DNA of 63,524 nt, filler included, from Hyphochytrium catenoides (GCA_900088475.1; 9 parts of 9 records of this genome joined end to end with filler, not necessarily neighbours in it); one strand, 5' to 3'. Positions 26,107-38,350 are shown, numbered from the whole stretch's first letter. Notes: generated by a model not told the origin, from the letters alone. Numbers and translations are program-made.

Positions 26107-26452
26107 TGCTATGCATTCTGAAGATTTGTTCAGCGATCAATCATGCATCACGTCTCCTCGAGCACTCCGTGGTCACGGCGAAGGTCAACAGAGTGCAGGC
26201 CACGCTTAGACCAAGCGGTACGAGTAGTGAGAGGAAGGAGGAGAGAGAGAGAGAGGAAGAGGACAAGCGAGAGGAAGTGGCAGAAGAGAGAGGAAGAGAG
26301 AGAGACAGATGAACCGGGAAGGCAATATCAGTTTTAGCCAACGAGACTCCTAAACTGACAGCCTTCCGTCGCCTCTTTAAAATCTGAAGAAGGTATACCT
26401 TGGGGGGAGAGGACGAAAGACAAAGAGGACAGACGCGGAGCTGTATCCTGCC

Positions 26453-26943
26453 ATGCTGTTGCCAGGGAGCCATGCCATGGCCTCTAATGCCTTTGACTTC
26501 GTTGAAAGAGGGCAAATAGCCCGGCTGCATGCACATTTGGCAGACGACATCTGCAGACTCCCAGCTCCAGATCTTCCGGGCTTGCTATTGCTTCTCTTTA
26601 GAGAGCGTAAGCGTTCTTCTCTCTCTCTTCAATCGTCTGAGGGGGCAGCCTCAGGCAACAAGGGAGGCCTAGATATATCCTTTGATCTCTCGGAACTCAG
26701 CGATGAGGCCTGTGCCAGAGCCCTTAGCTACGTCTATGACTGTCTCTATAGAAGAAACCCTAAGAAGGAAGATGTACAGGAGGAAGAGCTACAGATTCAC
26801 AGAGAAGAGGCAGAGCATCCACCGCCTATTGCTCCCCCGCCCCCTCCGCAGCGGTCTCAGAGAACAGAAGCGCAACAGGCAATCCTTAATGGCCCAACAG
26901 CGGAGACGATCCCAGCCATTGGAGGTAAAGCTCAACAGAGCCG
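26453..26943 (+). CDS. Extra-terminal (ET/NET) domain-like protein; gene is cut by the contig end
   Basis: LHAHLADDICRLPAPDLPGLLLLLF...LDISFDLSELSDEACARALSYVYDCLYRR follows the BET ET-domain pattern L..DI..LP...L..++.+I...I.+D+..L.......L.YV..CL. The start codon is ambiguous (26453 or 26477). Confidence 0.5.
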
Positions 26944-27096
26944 GTTTACGCTATCCTTTCCTTCTCTTCAGCCCGTAGATGTCTTTTTGCTTAGTCCTCC
27001 CGTGTGGTCTCCCGTCCTCTCCGACTCTCAAGCTCCTAGAGCTACCTTCGCCTGTCAAGCTTTATTTTTCACCATTTCTCTTCCCCCTATCTCCCC

Positions 27097-27196
27097 NNNN
27101 NNNNNNNNNNNNNNNNNNNNNNNNNNNNNNNNNNNNNNNNTTAATTAATTAANNNNNNNNNNNNNNNNNNNNNNNNNNNNNNNNNNNNNNNNNNNN
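27097..27196. other. Artificial contig linker N44-TTAATTAATTAA-N44; identical linkers at 37178-37277, 40132-40231, 43660-43759, 44955-45054, 47117-47216, 58730-58829 and 60389-60488
   Basis: The same 100-nt construct, with stop codons in all six frames, occurs eight times, and genes are cut at these positions. Confidence 0.98.
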
Positions 27197-27724
27197 GAGA
27201 GAAGAGAGAGAGAAAATGACTGAGGATCGCTTCTTTATCAAGGTTTGCGGGCGTCTTCCGCCTATGATGGATGGAGAAATCTGAAGACTGGAGCGGCATT
27301 TTTGGGAGAAGTGAGGCGAACGGGAGAGAGAAGAGAGAGAAGAGAGAAAACGGAGATTCACACAGAGCGAGAGTGTGATGGTCTAGGGAAAGAGAGTAAG
27401 TTGTGCACAGGAAGAGAGAGAGAGAGAAGGAAAGAAGCAAGAGAAAGAGAAAGCGAGAAAAGATATACTTCATCGCCTCGTAGTTCTTAGTGGAGAGGGA
27501 AGAGAGGAAGGACAGGGAGAAAGGGAGGACGCACCGCCTGGTGCAGAGGTGACGGTTCCTCGTCTTCCCCAGCTTCTGACTCCAACCAAAGAGAGAGGGA
27601 GAGAGAGAGGAGGAGATGAGAGAGAGAGGGAGAGAGAGAGAAAGAAAGAGAGAAGCGACCTTCATGGGCCTGCTATTGCGCCGCTGCCCTTGCTAACATT
27701 CATCATCAGCTGCCTCAACGAAGA

Positions 27725-27989
27725 AACGGAGAACGCAGGGAGAGAATAACTTGGCTTGACTCCAGACCACCNNNNNNNNNNNNNNNNNNNNNNNNNNNNN
27801 NNNNNNNNNNNNNNNNNNNNNNNNNNNNNNNNNNNNNNNNNNNNNNNNNNNNNNNNNNNNNNNNNNNNNNNNNNNNNNNNNNNNNNNNNNNNNNNNNNNN
27901 NNNNNNNNNNNNNNNNNNNNNNNNNNNNNNNNNNNNNNNNNNAACGGAGAACGCGGGGAGAGAATAACTTGGCTTGGCTCCAGACCACC
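27725..27989. repeat. 47-nt direct repeat on both sides of an N gap (collapsed minisatellite or overlap)
   Basis: AACGGAGAACGC(A/G)GGGAGAGAATAACTTGGCTTG(A/G)CTCCAGACCACC occurs at 27725-27771 and 27943-27989, with 2 mismatches. Confidence 0.85.
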
Positions 27990-28047
27990 ACCTACTCTCT
28001 CACTCCTGACTCTCTCTGTCTCTCTCTGTCTCTCTCTCTGGCACCGC

Positions 28048-28079
<32 letters not shown>

Positions 28080-28104
28080 TTTTCTCTCTCTCTTTCTCTC
28101 TTTT

Positions 28105-28136
<32 letters not shown>

Positions 28137-28213
28137 TCTTTCTATCTCTCTTTCTCTCTCTCTCTCTTCTCTCTCTCTCTTCTCTCTCTCTCTTCTCTCT
28201 CTTTCTCTCTTTC

Positions 28214-28282
<69 letters not shown>

Positions 28283-30370
28283 GTCGACGCGTTATGGACA
28301 AGAACCCCTCCCACGTCCTATTAATATGCCACATACAGCACTCTTCAAATGACCATTGCCTTACTCAAATATCCTAAACATCAGCCTTATGGCCCTTCAA
28401 TATCTAGCGTTTTGGCCTTTATCAACCTGATCATAAACCGATTGTTAAGTTTCATAATGTGCGAGTTTGGTGTTATTGGCTATCTGATCCTATGCCGCCT
28501 GCCTTGGTAGACGAGAGCCTGGGAAAGCCTCTCTTGGACACAGAAACTGATTCTACTTTGGAGGGGTGGCTCTCCTGGATATGTTTCTATGAAAGGAAAT
28601 CATGAAGTATTCGATCAAAGAGCGGTAACTCTTGATAATAAACATATATTTCTGAAAGGTAATAGTGAAGCTTTCAATGGCAGGTGTAGCATCCATTGTG
28701 TGTACCAATTTTTTGCGTCCCCTCGTCCAGCATCCGTCTATTCAAGATATAACCCCAATTTATAGAACAGATTCTTAATAGTAGGGTTTTATATCTCTTA
28801 TTAATGGTATAAGACCTCTGAGCACAGGTGCAGGCTTCTGATTGGCCAATAACGATGAGCAAAGTCATGGAGGCCTTTGGCGGCTTATTATTAGGCTATT
28901 CTCCTAGTTTGTACCTGTATTATGGCAAATGTGCGGCCTATTATCAGATAGACCTTTAAGCTGAATCATGATTGGAAAATCGAGACAGAGGGTGAAAGAG
29001 CTGATCGAAACTGTGAAAGAGAGGTTCACGAAGAACCATTTTCTACGTCATATGGAGAGACAGAGGGATAAGTTGGAGAGACAGAGTAGGCGGTGATGTA
29101 GGGTCTGGGGGCAGAGAAGAGAGCCAAGAAAGAAAGGTTGGAAAGGACAGGAGGGGAAAGGACAAGATAGGGGAAGAATAAGAGAGAATAAGAGAAAGAA
29201 GAGAGAGAGAGACAGAGAAAGGAGAGAGACAGAGAAAGAAAGAGTAGCAGAATAATAGGGGAACAAAAGAGACAAAGAGAGAGAGAAAGAGAGAATAAGG
29301 AAGGGAGAAAGACTCTATGAAAAGTAATGGCTAATGCGACAAGGGGCGGGCTACAGGGCTGACCAAAAAGCCTTGTTAGGAATCTGTAGCCTTTCTCCCA
29401 CCTAAAGAAGAGTGAATGTACTATCAGATATCTCCAATCGCTATTACACTTATCATTCATAAGGAGGATAATAGTCATACTATTGCGAATAGCAACAGTA
29501 GGAAAGATTTAACGACTAGGAAGCCCACTTTCTCTCTCTCTCTCTCTTTCGCTCTCTCTCTCTTTCTCTCTCTCCCTCTTTTTCTCTCTCTCTCTGCCAG
29601 TCAAGAGACACACACTCTCCTTTTTTCTTGGTCACCAGGTCACACTCTTTGAAAATTGACGGTCGTACGAGTACAATAGTAGTCATCTTGGGAAGCAGGA
29701 ACTCGACCTGGTGATGATTGGTGATGATGTGGACGGAGAGAGAGAGATGTATGAGGAGAAAGAGGGAGACAGAGCAAGAGAGAGGAGATGATTGACAGTG
29801 AATAGAAGAGGAGAAAGACGACGACCGAAACACAAAAAAAGAGAGAGAGAGAGAAAGAACCGAGGAGAGAGAGAGAGAATGAGATGAGACCCACTCAGCC
29901 ATGACCAGAATAAGATGGAGACAAGGAGGAGCGAGGACTGATGGGTGGCTGGTGGTGGTGAACCCTCCTGTGGGTCGCGCAACTATCATGACAACAACCA
30001 GCAGGAGAAACAACTCTGTTCTTGCTTGCTCTTTTGATGAGTCTCTTCTCTTCTCATCGGCCTCTTCTTCTTCATCAGTGTCTCTTCTTCTCCGCTTCAT
30101 GGAAAGCTGGAGAAGAAAAGAAAGTGCAAAAGTGAAAGACTTGCCTTGGACAAGTGAACAATGGCCGTCAAGTCTTACACCTTGGCACTTTCTTTCCTTT
30201 TCCAACTTTCCATAGGCAAGCGTGCGGACAAATGTTGAGAGCCATCGTCACTTGTTGGCACACTTGATGTGCTATTGTTATCAGGAAGAGAGACGGTAGA
30301 CAGAAGGAGAGAAAGACGAGACAGAGAGAAGATCCTAGAGAGAGAAAAAGAGAAAGGACAGAAGAAAAGA

Positions 30371-30411
<41 letters not shown>

Positions 30412-30504
30412 CGAAGTCTTGTTGTCAACAAACTGTCCTCTGTTCCTGTCACAGCGTTCGAAGCTCAAGGGCAAACAAAGCAGGAGACATTAGAACTGAA
30501 ACGA

Positions 30505-30540
<36 letters not shown>

Positions 30541-30606
30541 TAGAAGAGAAAGAAAGGGAAGGGAAAGTGAAGGACTGCATCTCAGGGTCCCCGTCCAGAG
30601 AAACAG

Positions 30607-30667
30607 ATCCTCATGGTTCTCATCCGAGACGCTTCGGAGAAAGAAGAAGAATGAGAACCATGAGGAT
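30607..30667. repeat. Perfect 17-bp inverted repeat
   Basis: ATCCTCATGGTTCTCAT (30607-30623) pairs with ATGAGAACCATGAGGAT (30651-30667). Confidence 0.9.
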
Positions 30668-30710
30668 TTTATCTGTGCTTCTGTTGATAAAGAGCTAGCT
30701 CGTTGTGGTT

Positions 30711-30846
30711 CCCATTCTTCACGTTGAACAGCAATTTCATCTTATCACGCGCCTGCTTCTCCTTCAACCCTCGAGTCTTTATTGTCCATACTGCTTCTGA
30801 AGGCGCGTGATAAGATGAAAAATTGCTATTCAACGTGCAGAGTGGG
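30711..30846. repeat. ~45-bp imperfect inverted repeat (pre-miRNA- or MITE-like foldback)
   Basis: CCCATTCTTCACGTTGAACAGCAATTTCATCTTATCACGCGCCT (30711-30754) pairs with AGGCGCGTGATAAGATGAAAAATTGCTATTCAACGTGCAGAGTGGG (30801-30846), with 2 mismatches, one G-U pair and a 2-nt bulge. Confidence 0.9.
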
Positions 30847-31170
30847 ACTTTACGGGTACATCTCCTCGATCCCTTTTGGCTCTTCGTCTCTCCCTCGTTT
30901 TTCTCTCTCTCTCTCTCCTCCTCCCTGAGATCGATTGGCTTCTGCTAACAATGTTAATCAGCCAATTAATGAAGTTCGATCTAAGAAGAGAAAAGTCCTT
31001 GGAAGAATCGCCTTAAAAGTCTTCTTCCCCTGCGAAGCCTTTGTCGGAGCTGAGGACTGGCCAACAACCGAACCGAAGACACCTGAGCTAAAAAACCCAT
31101 TGACTCACTCTTTTCTCTATATCACTTCATATATGTACACTCATCATAGGACTTTGGTTGCTCTGGCTCA

Positions 31171-33230
31171 CTATGATCGGTAGTTAGGGACAGGGAGGAG
31201 GACAAGAAGAAGCAGCAGGAAGAAGAGACACCACGACGATCATCACTCTTAACAAGTTCCTTTTATCTTATTTCTTTTTCTATAAAAGAAGAATACTAAT
31301 AACTACTAAGAAGAAGGAAGAAGAAGTAATAGAGGATGAAGCTAAGAAGGAGTAAGAGTAAAAGAAGAGGAAGAAGAAGAAGACAGAGGAGAAGTAGAGG
31401 AGACGCGAGCTACAAAGCCCTGGACTCTATAACGCATTCTCCTTCACCTCCCTCGCCACCAATGTCGGAACAGGAAGATGAATTGTAGTTAAAACTTTAG
31501 CAAGCAATGATTTATAAGGAATGACGAGTAGACGCCTGTTTTTTCTTAGAAGACAATGCGCTCCTAGTCTATGTTCATCTTATTTAATAATAATAAAAGG
31601 CCAAACTATTGTCCACACACAGAAAAACTGAGAAGAAGAAGAAAGAAAGAAGAGGATAAACGTAAGCCAGCAACTAGAACAAGAAAAGAAGGAGAAAAAG
31701 AGTCTTCGTCTCTTCAACTCTCTCTCCCCTCCTCCTCCATCATTATTGTCAGCAGTAGTTAGGGACAGGGAGGACAAGTGTAACTGGAAGCCTGAGCTGA
31801 AGCAGCACTTCTCTTTGCGGATTCTTATCGGTATCTGTCGGCCGGTATCTGGAGCTTATCGTGGCTTCAGAAATCAATCTGCAGATTCGATCCATGGCGC
31901 AGTCTTGGCTAATCAAGAGACTGTTTCAACAAGAAGAAGCAGGAGGAAGAGACACCACGACTAACATCACTCTCAACAAGTTCCTTTTATTTTACTTTTT
32001 ATTGGTTGATGTGGCTTTTTATAATTATCCAGGAATAGTAAGGAATGTATAATCGACTACTCTTTTTATAACGGTGCCCTGCGAGTCTATGTGTTCATTT
32101 ATTATTTGATCATAAAATAAAGGCCACCAAATTACTGTTTATTTATATCTCTTTTTAGTCTTCGTGGTACATATCTGCATCTCTTCGTGTCCTTCAAACA
32201 GTAGTGAATTTGGAAATACTCTTTACCATTTTATGAGTAATAAAGGCCGCAGCAACTAAATTTTATTAAATAGTCGATCGAGAAGAAAAAAGAAGAAGAG
32301 GATAAAGTTAACCAATAACTAGGGAGAAAGGAGGGGAAACAGAGTCTTCGTCTCTTCAACTCTCTCCCCTTCTCCTTCACCATCATTGTCAGCAGGGAAA
32401 GGAAGAGTCATAGAATTGGTGTCTGTGGCGCTATGATCAGTAGTTAGGACAGGAAGGACAACAAGAAGCAGCAGTAAGAATTGACACCAGGACTATCATC
32501 TCTCTCAAGTAGTTCCCTTTTTCCCTCTTATAAACAGCGCGCTGCTAGTTTATGCTCATTATTATTTGATCATAGAGGCCAATTCTCTCTTCAGAATATC
32601 TGAGACGAAGGAAGAAAGAAGAGGATAACGCTAACCGGCAACCAGGGGCAAGAAAAGGAGGGAAGAAAGAGAGTCAAAGAAAATAGAGATTAAAAAGAAA
32701 AGTCAATAAGTTTTGTTAGTTTATTATTAGGATGGTCATAGCTACTACTACTAGAAGAACACTACTAGCTAAGAAGAAGATCGAAGAAGAAGAAGGGGAA
32801 GAGGAAGAAGAAGGAGGGGAGAAGAGAGAGAAGAAGAAGAAGAAGGAGGGAAGGGGAAGAGGAAGGGGAAGAAGAAGAAGAGGAAGGAGAAGAAGAAAAA
32901 GAGAAAAAGAAGAAGAAGGAGGGAAGGAAGAGAAGAAGAGGAAGGAGAAGAAGAATGGACGCAGAGAAAAAGATAGAAGATAGAAGAAGAAGCGGAGGAA
33001 GGAAGAAGAAGAAGCGGAGGAAGGAAGAAGAAGAAGAAGATGGAGAAGAGGAAGAAGAAGAAGAACAGGAAAGAAAATGAAGAAGAGACGAGAGTTACAA
33101 AGTCCTGGACCCTTCATCTACACGCTCTCATCCTCCCTTCACCATCATCACCGGAAAAAGAAGAAGAATCATAGTTGATCAACTCTTCGGCAATGACGAT
33201 AGCAGACGGAGGAGGAGAAGAAGCAAGAAG
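31171..33230. repeat. Diverged tandem segmental repeat, about three copies with a period of roughly 0.6 kb
   Basis: The block GTAGTTAGG(G)ACAGG...AGAAGCAG...GACACCA.GAC...CATC.CTCT.AA..AGTTCC recurs near 31180, 31755 and 32440. The block GAGTCTTCGTCTCTTCAACTCTCTCCCCT recurs near 31700 and 32342, and GAG.TACAAAG.CCTGGAC near 31407 and 33091. Confidence 0.8.
31779..31928 (+). mobile_element. 150-bp solo-LTR-like insertion with a 5-bp target-site duplication ACAAG
   Basis: It begins TGTAAC and ends GTTTCA, flanked by ACAAG at 31774-31778 and 31929-31933. The sister repeat copy near 31200 shows the empty site GGACAAGAAGAAGCAG. Confidence 0.8.
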
Positions 33231-33726
33231 GCGCAGCGCCGAGACCATTAACAACGTGACGCTCAAAACTGTAAGCTAGGGCGGGCTCTAACTGATGAAA
33301 AGGAATGATAAGCTTCAGAATCTGTACCGCGTTGTCTTCATGGATCGCGACAGAGAAGATCCTTTCAGAGAAGATCCTTTCTGCTTTTATCCCCCTGGAA
33401 CTGTCACAGCGTTCTACATTGTGAAGGCAGTGAATGAAGGAAGAAAGCAGAGAAAGAGTAAAAATTGGCAGAGGAGGAGAGAGAGAGAGACTGACATACT
33501 TTCTCTACATTTTCACTTCTATTATTTGCCTTAATATAACTCATCCTCGTCTTCTCTAGAAATCTGATGGTTCTCTCCATAAAATGTCAGGAAAAGGGAA
33601 TGAGAGAGACAAATAAGGACAGAGGATCAGAGGAATGAGAGACTTTATGTTTAGTCCTTCTTCCTCTGCGGCCTGATGGGGAGGAGAAAGATAGAGAGGA
33701 AGAAAAGAGGAAGGGATTGAAGATAG

Positions 33727-36010
33727 GACGCCTGATCTGAAGCAGCTGCGGGACCTTGTGAAGCTTCTGACTGGCCAATTTGCGATTTAGATGAGAAGAT
33801 TCTGGGAGTCTCTCATGCTAACGGGAGATGGCTGCACCGTACTGCATGGTCCGTCACTTCCGTCAGTTGATCCTTTGTATGATGCCATTCCACTCCTCGT
33901 GGCTCATACCCGTAAGAAGTAAGATAGAAAGGACTGAATCCATTGGCTGAATGCTTCGTGCTGTTGGTTGTAGGCAAACTCCACTAGCGGTAAAGCTGCC
34001 TCCCAGTTCGATTGATCGTAGGTAGCGAAGCATCTGAGCGTGTCCATCAGCGCTCTGATAGCGCTTTCACTTTGCCCATCAGTCTGAGGATGATAAGCCG
34101 TTGAGAGCTTTACTTTTGTCCCACAAGCCTTCTGTAGCTGCTGCCAGAAATCACTGATGAACCTGGGATCTCTGTCTGAGATGATAGCTTCTGGTAAGCC
34201 GTGTAGAGGAAGGATGCTTCTCATGTAAGCCTTAGCAATGTCCTCTCCTCCATCCGTTTTGCGAACAGGCACAAAGTGTCCTTGCTTACTCAGACTATCT
34301 AAAATAACCCAGATACCGTCAGAGCCTTCAGGAGACAGTGGAAGATCATCGAAAACAAAGTCCATTGTAATCGAGCTCCACCAGGTCTTGGGCACTGGTA
34401 AACGGTGCAAGAGTCCTGCCAATTTACTGTTCCTAGCCTTGTTTTGTCCTGTCTTCTCCTTCAGCGCTGCCATCACCTCACGAAAATAGGTAGTATCTTT
34501 GTCATAGCCTTTCACTATCCTTCTTCGTGTTTTTTCATCATCAATAGTAAGAGTAGAGATGCTTAGACTGGATAGATCTTGGATAGTCTGAGTAAGCAAG
34601 GACACTTTGTGCCTGTTCGCAAAACGGATGGAGGAGAGGACATTGCTAAGGCTTACATGAGAAGCATCTTTCCTCTACACGGCTTACCAGAAGCTATCAT
34701 CTCGGACAGGGATCCCAGGTTCATCAGTGATTTCTGGCAGCAGCTACAGAAGGCTTGTAAGACAAAAGTAAAGCTCTCAACGGCTTATCATCCTCAGACT
34801 GATGGGCAAAGTGAAAGCGCTATCAGAGCGTTGATGGACACGCTCAGATGCTTCGCTACCTACGATCAATCGAACTGGGAGGCAGCTTTACCGCTGGCGG
34901 AGTTTGCCTACAACCAACAGCACGAAGCATTCAGCCACTGGATTCAGTCCTTTCTATCTTACTTACGGGTATGAGCCACGACGAGTGGAATGGCATCATA
35001 CAAAGGATCAACTGACGGAAGTGACGGGCCATGCAGTACAGCGATTTGTGGAGCACTGACAGACGGTCACTCTTCTTCAAGCCAGAGAACGGCTACTGGA
35101 GACCCAGGAAAGGCATGAGCGCTATGCTAATCAACGCCGTCGCACCGAGGTTTTCCAACCAGACGACTTGGTATGGCTGTCTACAGAGCACATCAGAGAT
35201 GACCTCAGTCGTCTGCGGCCTAGGAGGAAGCTCATACCTAAATGGATTGGACCCTACCTTGTGGCAGAGACTCTTCCTCATGATGTGTACCGCCTACGAT
35301 TGCCAAAGACCCTTTCTAGAGTGCATCCTGTCTTTCACGTGTCCCAGTTAAAGCGGTATCACTCTGGACAGCGCTTTTGATCAGGAGGAAGAGCCAGCCA
35401 ATGCGGACCAGGACAGCAGCAATAGGCCTTTTGTGGACCCTGAGACAGGAGGAGAATTGGTATGGCACATTGAAGGCATTCTGGACAAGCGCGTGCGCTA
35501 TCGCAGGACAAAGTATCTGGGTAAGTGGCAAGGACTGCCAGTCTCCAAAGCTTCTTGGGAGCCTCTCAAGCATCTTCTACCGCATGCAGCCCAAGCAGTA
35601 GCAGAGTTTGAGCAGGTCTGCGATGAGGACGACGGAGAACGCCGTCCAGTCTGGAGAGCGGGGCAGTGTAACAAGACGCCTGATGAGCTGGAGCAGCTGC
35701 GGGACCTTGTGAAGCTTCTGACTGGCCGATTTGCTGCTTTAGATGAGAAGATTCTGGGATTCTCTCATGCTAATTGGAGATGGCTGGAGCTTCACAGTGC
35801 ATCATCATCTCAGAAGATCAGAACAGGCCAGGGACTGGGAGCTGTCAGAAGGTAAGGAAGGAAGCAGGAGAGGTCATCAGCAAGGGAATCAGGGAGTGAT
35901 GGTCAGAACCTCAGAAGGGAGAGATCTTTTGGTGTGAAGATCAGTAGGGAAACTGGGCCTCAAAAACAATATTTTCCAGACCGCCATTTATGCCCACCTT
36001 CTATATTACA
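33727..36010 (+). mobile_element. Decayed, rearranged Ty3/Gypsy chromovirus LTR retrotransposon
   Basis: Elements in order: partial LTR copy 33727-33834; integrase core (LHGLPEAIISDRDPRFISDFW, STAYHPQTDGQSE); GPY/F region (PKWIGPYLV, VHPVFHVSQLKRY); chromodomain (WHIEGILDKRVR...YLGKWQG....ASWEP); purine tract GGAGAGCGGGGCAG; 3' LTR 35667-36010 bounded by TGTAA...TTACA. Frameshifts are present and gag/PR/RT are missing. Confidence 0.93.
33835..34578 (-). pseudogene. Inverted integrase segment inside the LTR element
   Basis: The minus-strand ORF contains AGLLHRLPVPKTWWSSITMDFV and the same integrase core. 33835-34302 is the reverse complement of 34579-35043. Confidence 0.9.
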
Positions 36011-37277
36011 CTTAGATATAGTAACCAAACGGGAAAAAAAGCTGGTATGGAATAAGAAAAAGCCCTTTTAATTAAATCGGTTGTGGGGTGGACACTTGTC
36101 GTAGGTTACGCCCGAAACTTTCAAAATAGGGTGGCTCACTTGAGGAAAACTCCCATACATTCTCTAACAGATCTAGTGATTAATTTCTCTGCAAGTAAAA
36201 AGGATATTTACAATCCGCCTGGTACCGTTTGAAAAGCCCTCACTTATAAAAAATATAAAGGCTTGCTCCACCGGCAATGGAGGCAAGTCCTTCTGTTTTA
36301 TTTATACAGGCTGATCTGGTGTAAAAGCTGTATATTCCGTCCACAGTACGGCCCCTGTGTTATGTCGAACGCTCCAATACACAGACCATAAGAACAACTC
36401 TCTAATATCTTGGATGTAGCTTGTCCCCATTTACAATTAAGTGAGGTTTCAACTGATTCGTAATATATTGCTATTTGCTGTTCCAATTCAAAATGCCTAG
36501 AAACACTCTACAGTAATAAATGACAGACGTGAAATATATAGACCTTATCACGTCTATCTTTCCCAAAAATGCAGCTAAGGAAATGAAACTCGGCATAGTG
36601 GCAAATCTCATTGGGGGAAAGCGATTGACGAGGGCACTTTGTCAAAGTTCATAATTCCAACCTCTCAGAATGAAAGTTTCGAAGGATTCAAAAAATGAAA
36701 CTTTCGAGATCACCTGGAAGGAAGCCAAACAGAACGAAGTGCCTTCGTGAATCGATAGAGCATACCAAATTAGGGGGCTATGCAAGGTTTCAGCTTGATT
36801 AGTTAAGTACTCCGGAGTATTATTGACAAAACTACTATCACAGGTGGAAGGAAAGTACAAACTCTAGACCAGATCAGCCTGTAGAAAGTTCTATCTCTCG
36901 CCCCAGAAAGCAAGGTTGCTGCTGGAACACAGACAAACCTAGCACAAAATAAACTCAGATCAAGCCAAACCCATTGCATCTGCTTCACATAGTTCTAGTG
37001 CTCAAAATCACACTAAAATGAAAACCCACAACTGCCTGCAATAGAGACTGAGAGCCGTCAACCGATAAAGGCGGTCTCTATAAGAGCATCTCCACCGGGG
37101 AGCAGTAAACAGTATTTATAGCACCTTCAACGGCCACCTAATGCTGCGATCTGATTGGCTACAATATAGAATTGCCGNNNNNNNNNNNNNNNNNNNNNNN
37201 NNNNNNNNNNNNNNNNNNNNNTTAATTAATTAANNNNNNNNNNNNNNNNNNNNNNNNNNNNNNNNNNNNNNNNNNNN

Positions 37278-37703
37278 TGTCACCACATTTGTATGGCAGT
37301 GACGCCATGCAACGATACCTGGAAGAAAGGAAGAAGGAGCGGAAAAGGAGAAACAGTGAGAAAGAGGACCAAGAGACAACTATGTGGAGAGGGAAAACGA
37401 ATGGGAATTTTTCTAGAAACTAGCTAGATAGATGGAAGAATGTGAAGAGCGGTAGGTGGAAGAAGCAAACGACGGAAGTATGAGTCTCCCCAGGAAGCTG
37501 CGTAATTTTTCTTCTCCTGCTTACAAGCCTGCTTGCCGTTTCGCCTCAACTCTCTCTTTTCTCCCTTCTTCACTCCTCTCGCTCGTGCTCCTCTCTCTCA
37601 CATGGATACACAGACCAAAACTCACTCTCCAGGCCCTTACTCTCCTCTTCTCTAGCTGGCGCCGGCGCCGCACCTTCTTTCGCTGCTGTCCTCTCTCTCT
37701 ATC

Positions 37704-37737
<34 letters not shown>

Positions 37738-38036
37738 CCCTCTCTCTCTCCCTCACTCTCTCTCTGTACCTGCTGCATTATCCATGAGCTTCATGATGTG
37801 GCCTCCCTAAGGTCCAAATCGTAAATTGGGCATTAGACCTGAAGATAAGACGATTTAATGCCCACTGATAGCCATCATCTACCTGCACTAAGCCCGTGAT
37901 GTTGCAATCTGAAGGCAGGATGAGACTGTTTAGAATCGCAATGTGCTCTTTCGAGTTCTTGGCCGGCAGCGTGCCGCTCTGTCTCTTGCGAAGCTCCTGG
38001 AGCTTCTTCCCAATCTCCTGAGAGTGATGCTAACGG

Positions 38037-38115
<79 letters not shown>

Positions 38116-38306
38116 GAGCGGGACGGAAGTGTAGAGATCACAGGGAGAAAGAGAGAGAAAAGGGAGGACGGTGAGAGGAGGGAGGGAGGCAGAAAGAGAG
38201 AACAAGGAAGGAGATAAGAGATCGTATACCGCAAGAGAAGAAAGGCAGAAGAGGTTTGTCAATTGAGAGGGTCATAGTATGAGAATCGAAAGAACCGAGA
38301 ATACAA

Positions 38307-38350
<44 letters not shown>

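Noticed and set aside
27141-27152. Recurring TTAATTAATTAA palindrome as a biological motif
   Set aside because: It is always centred in 44+44 Ns, so it is an assembly linker. Gene neighbourhoods across it are meaningless.
27725-27989. CRISPR-like repeat-spacer array
   Set aside because: There are only two copies around an N gap, the context is eukaryotic, and no cas genes are present.
28330-29050. AT-rich unique stretches (also 36.0-37.1 and 47.2-47.8 kb) as viral or organellar inserts
   Set aside because: The frames I read are stop-riddled with no recognisable motif. A translated search would be needed to support any call.
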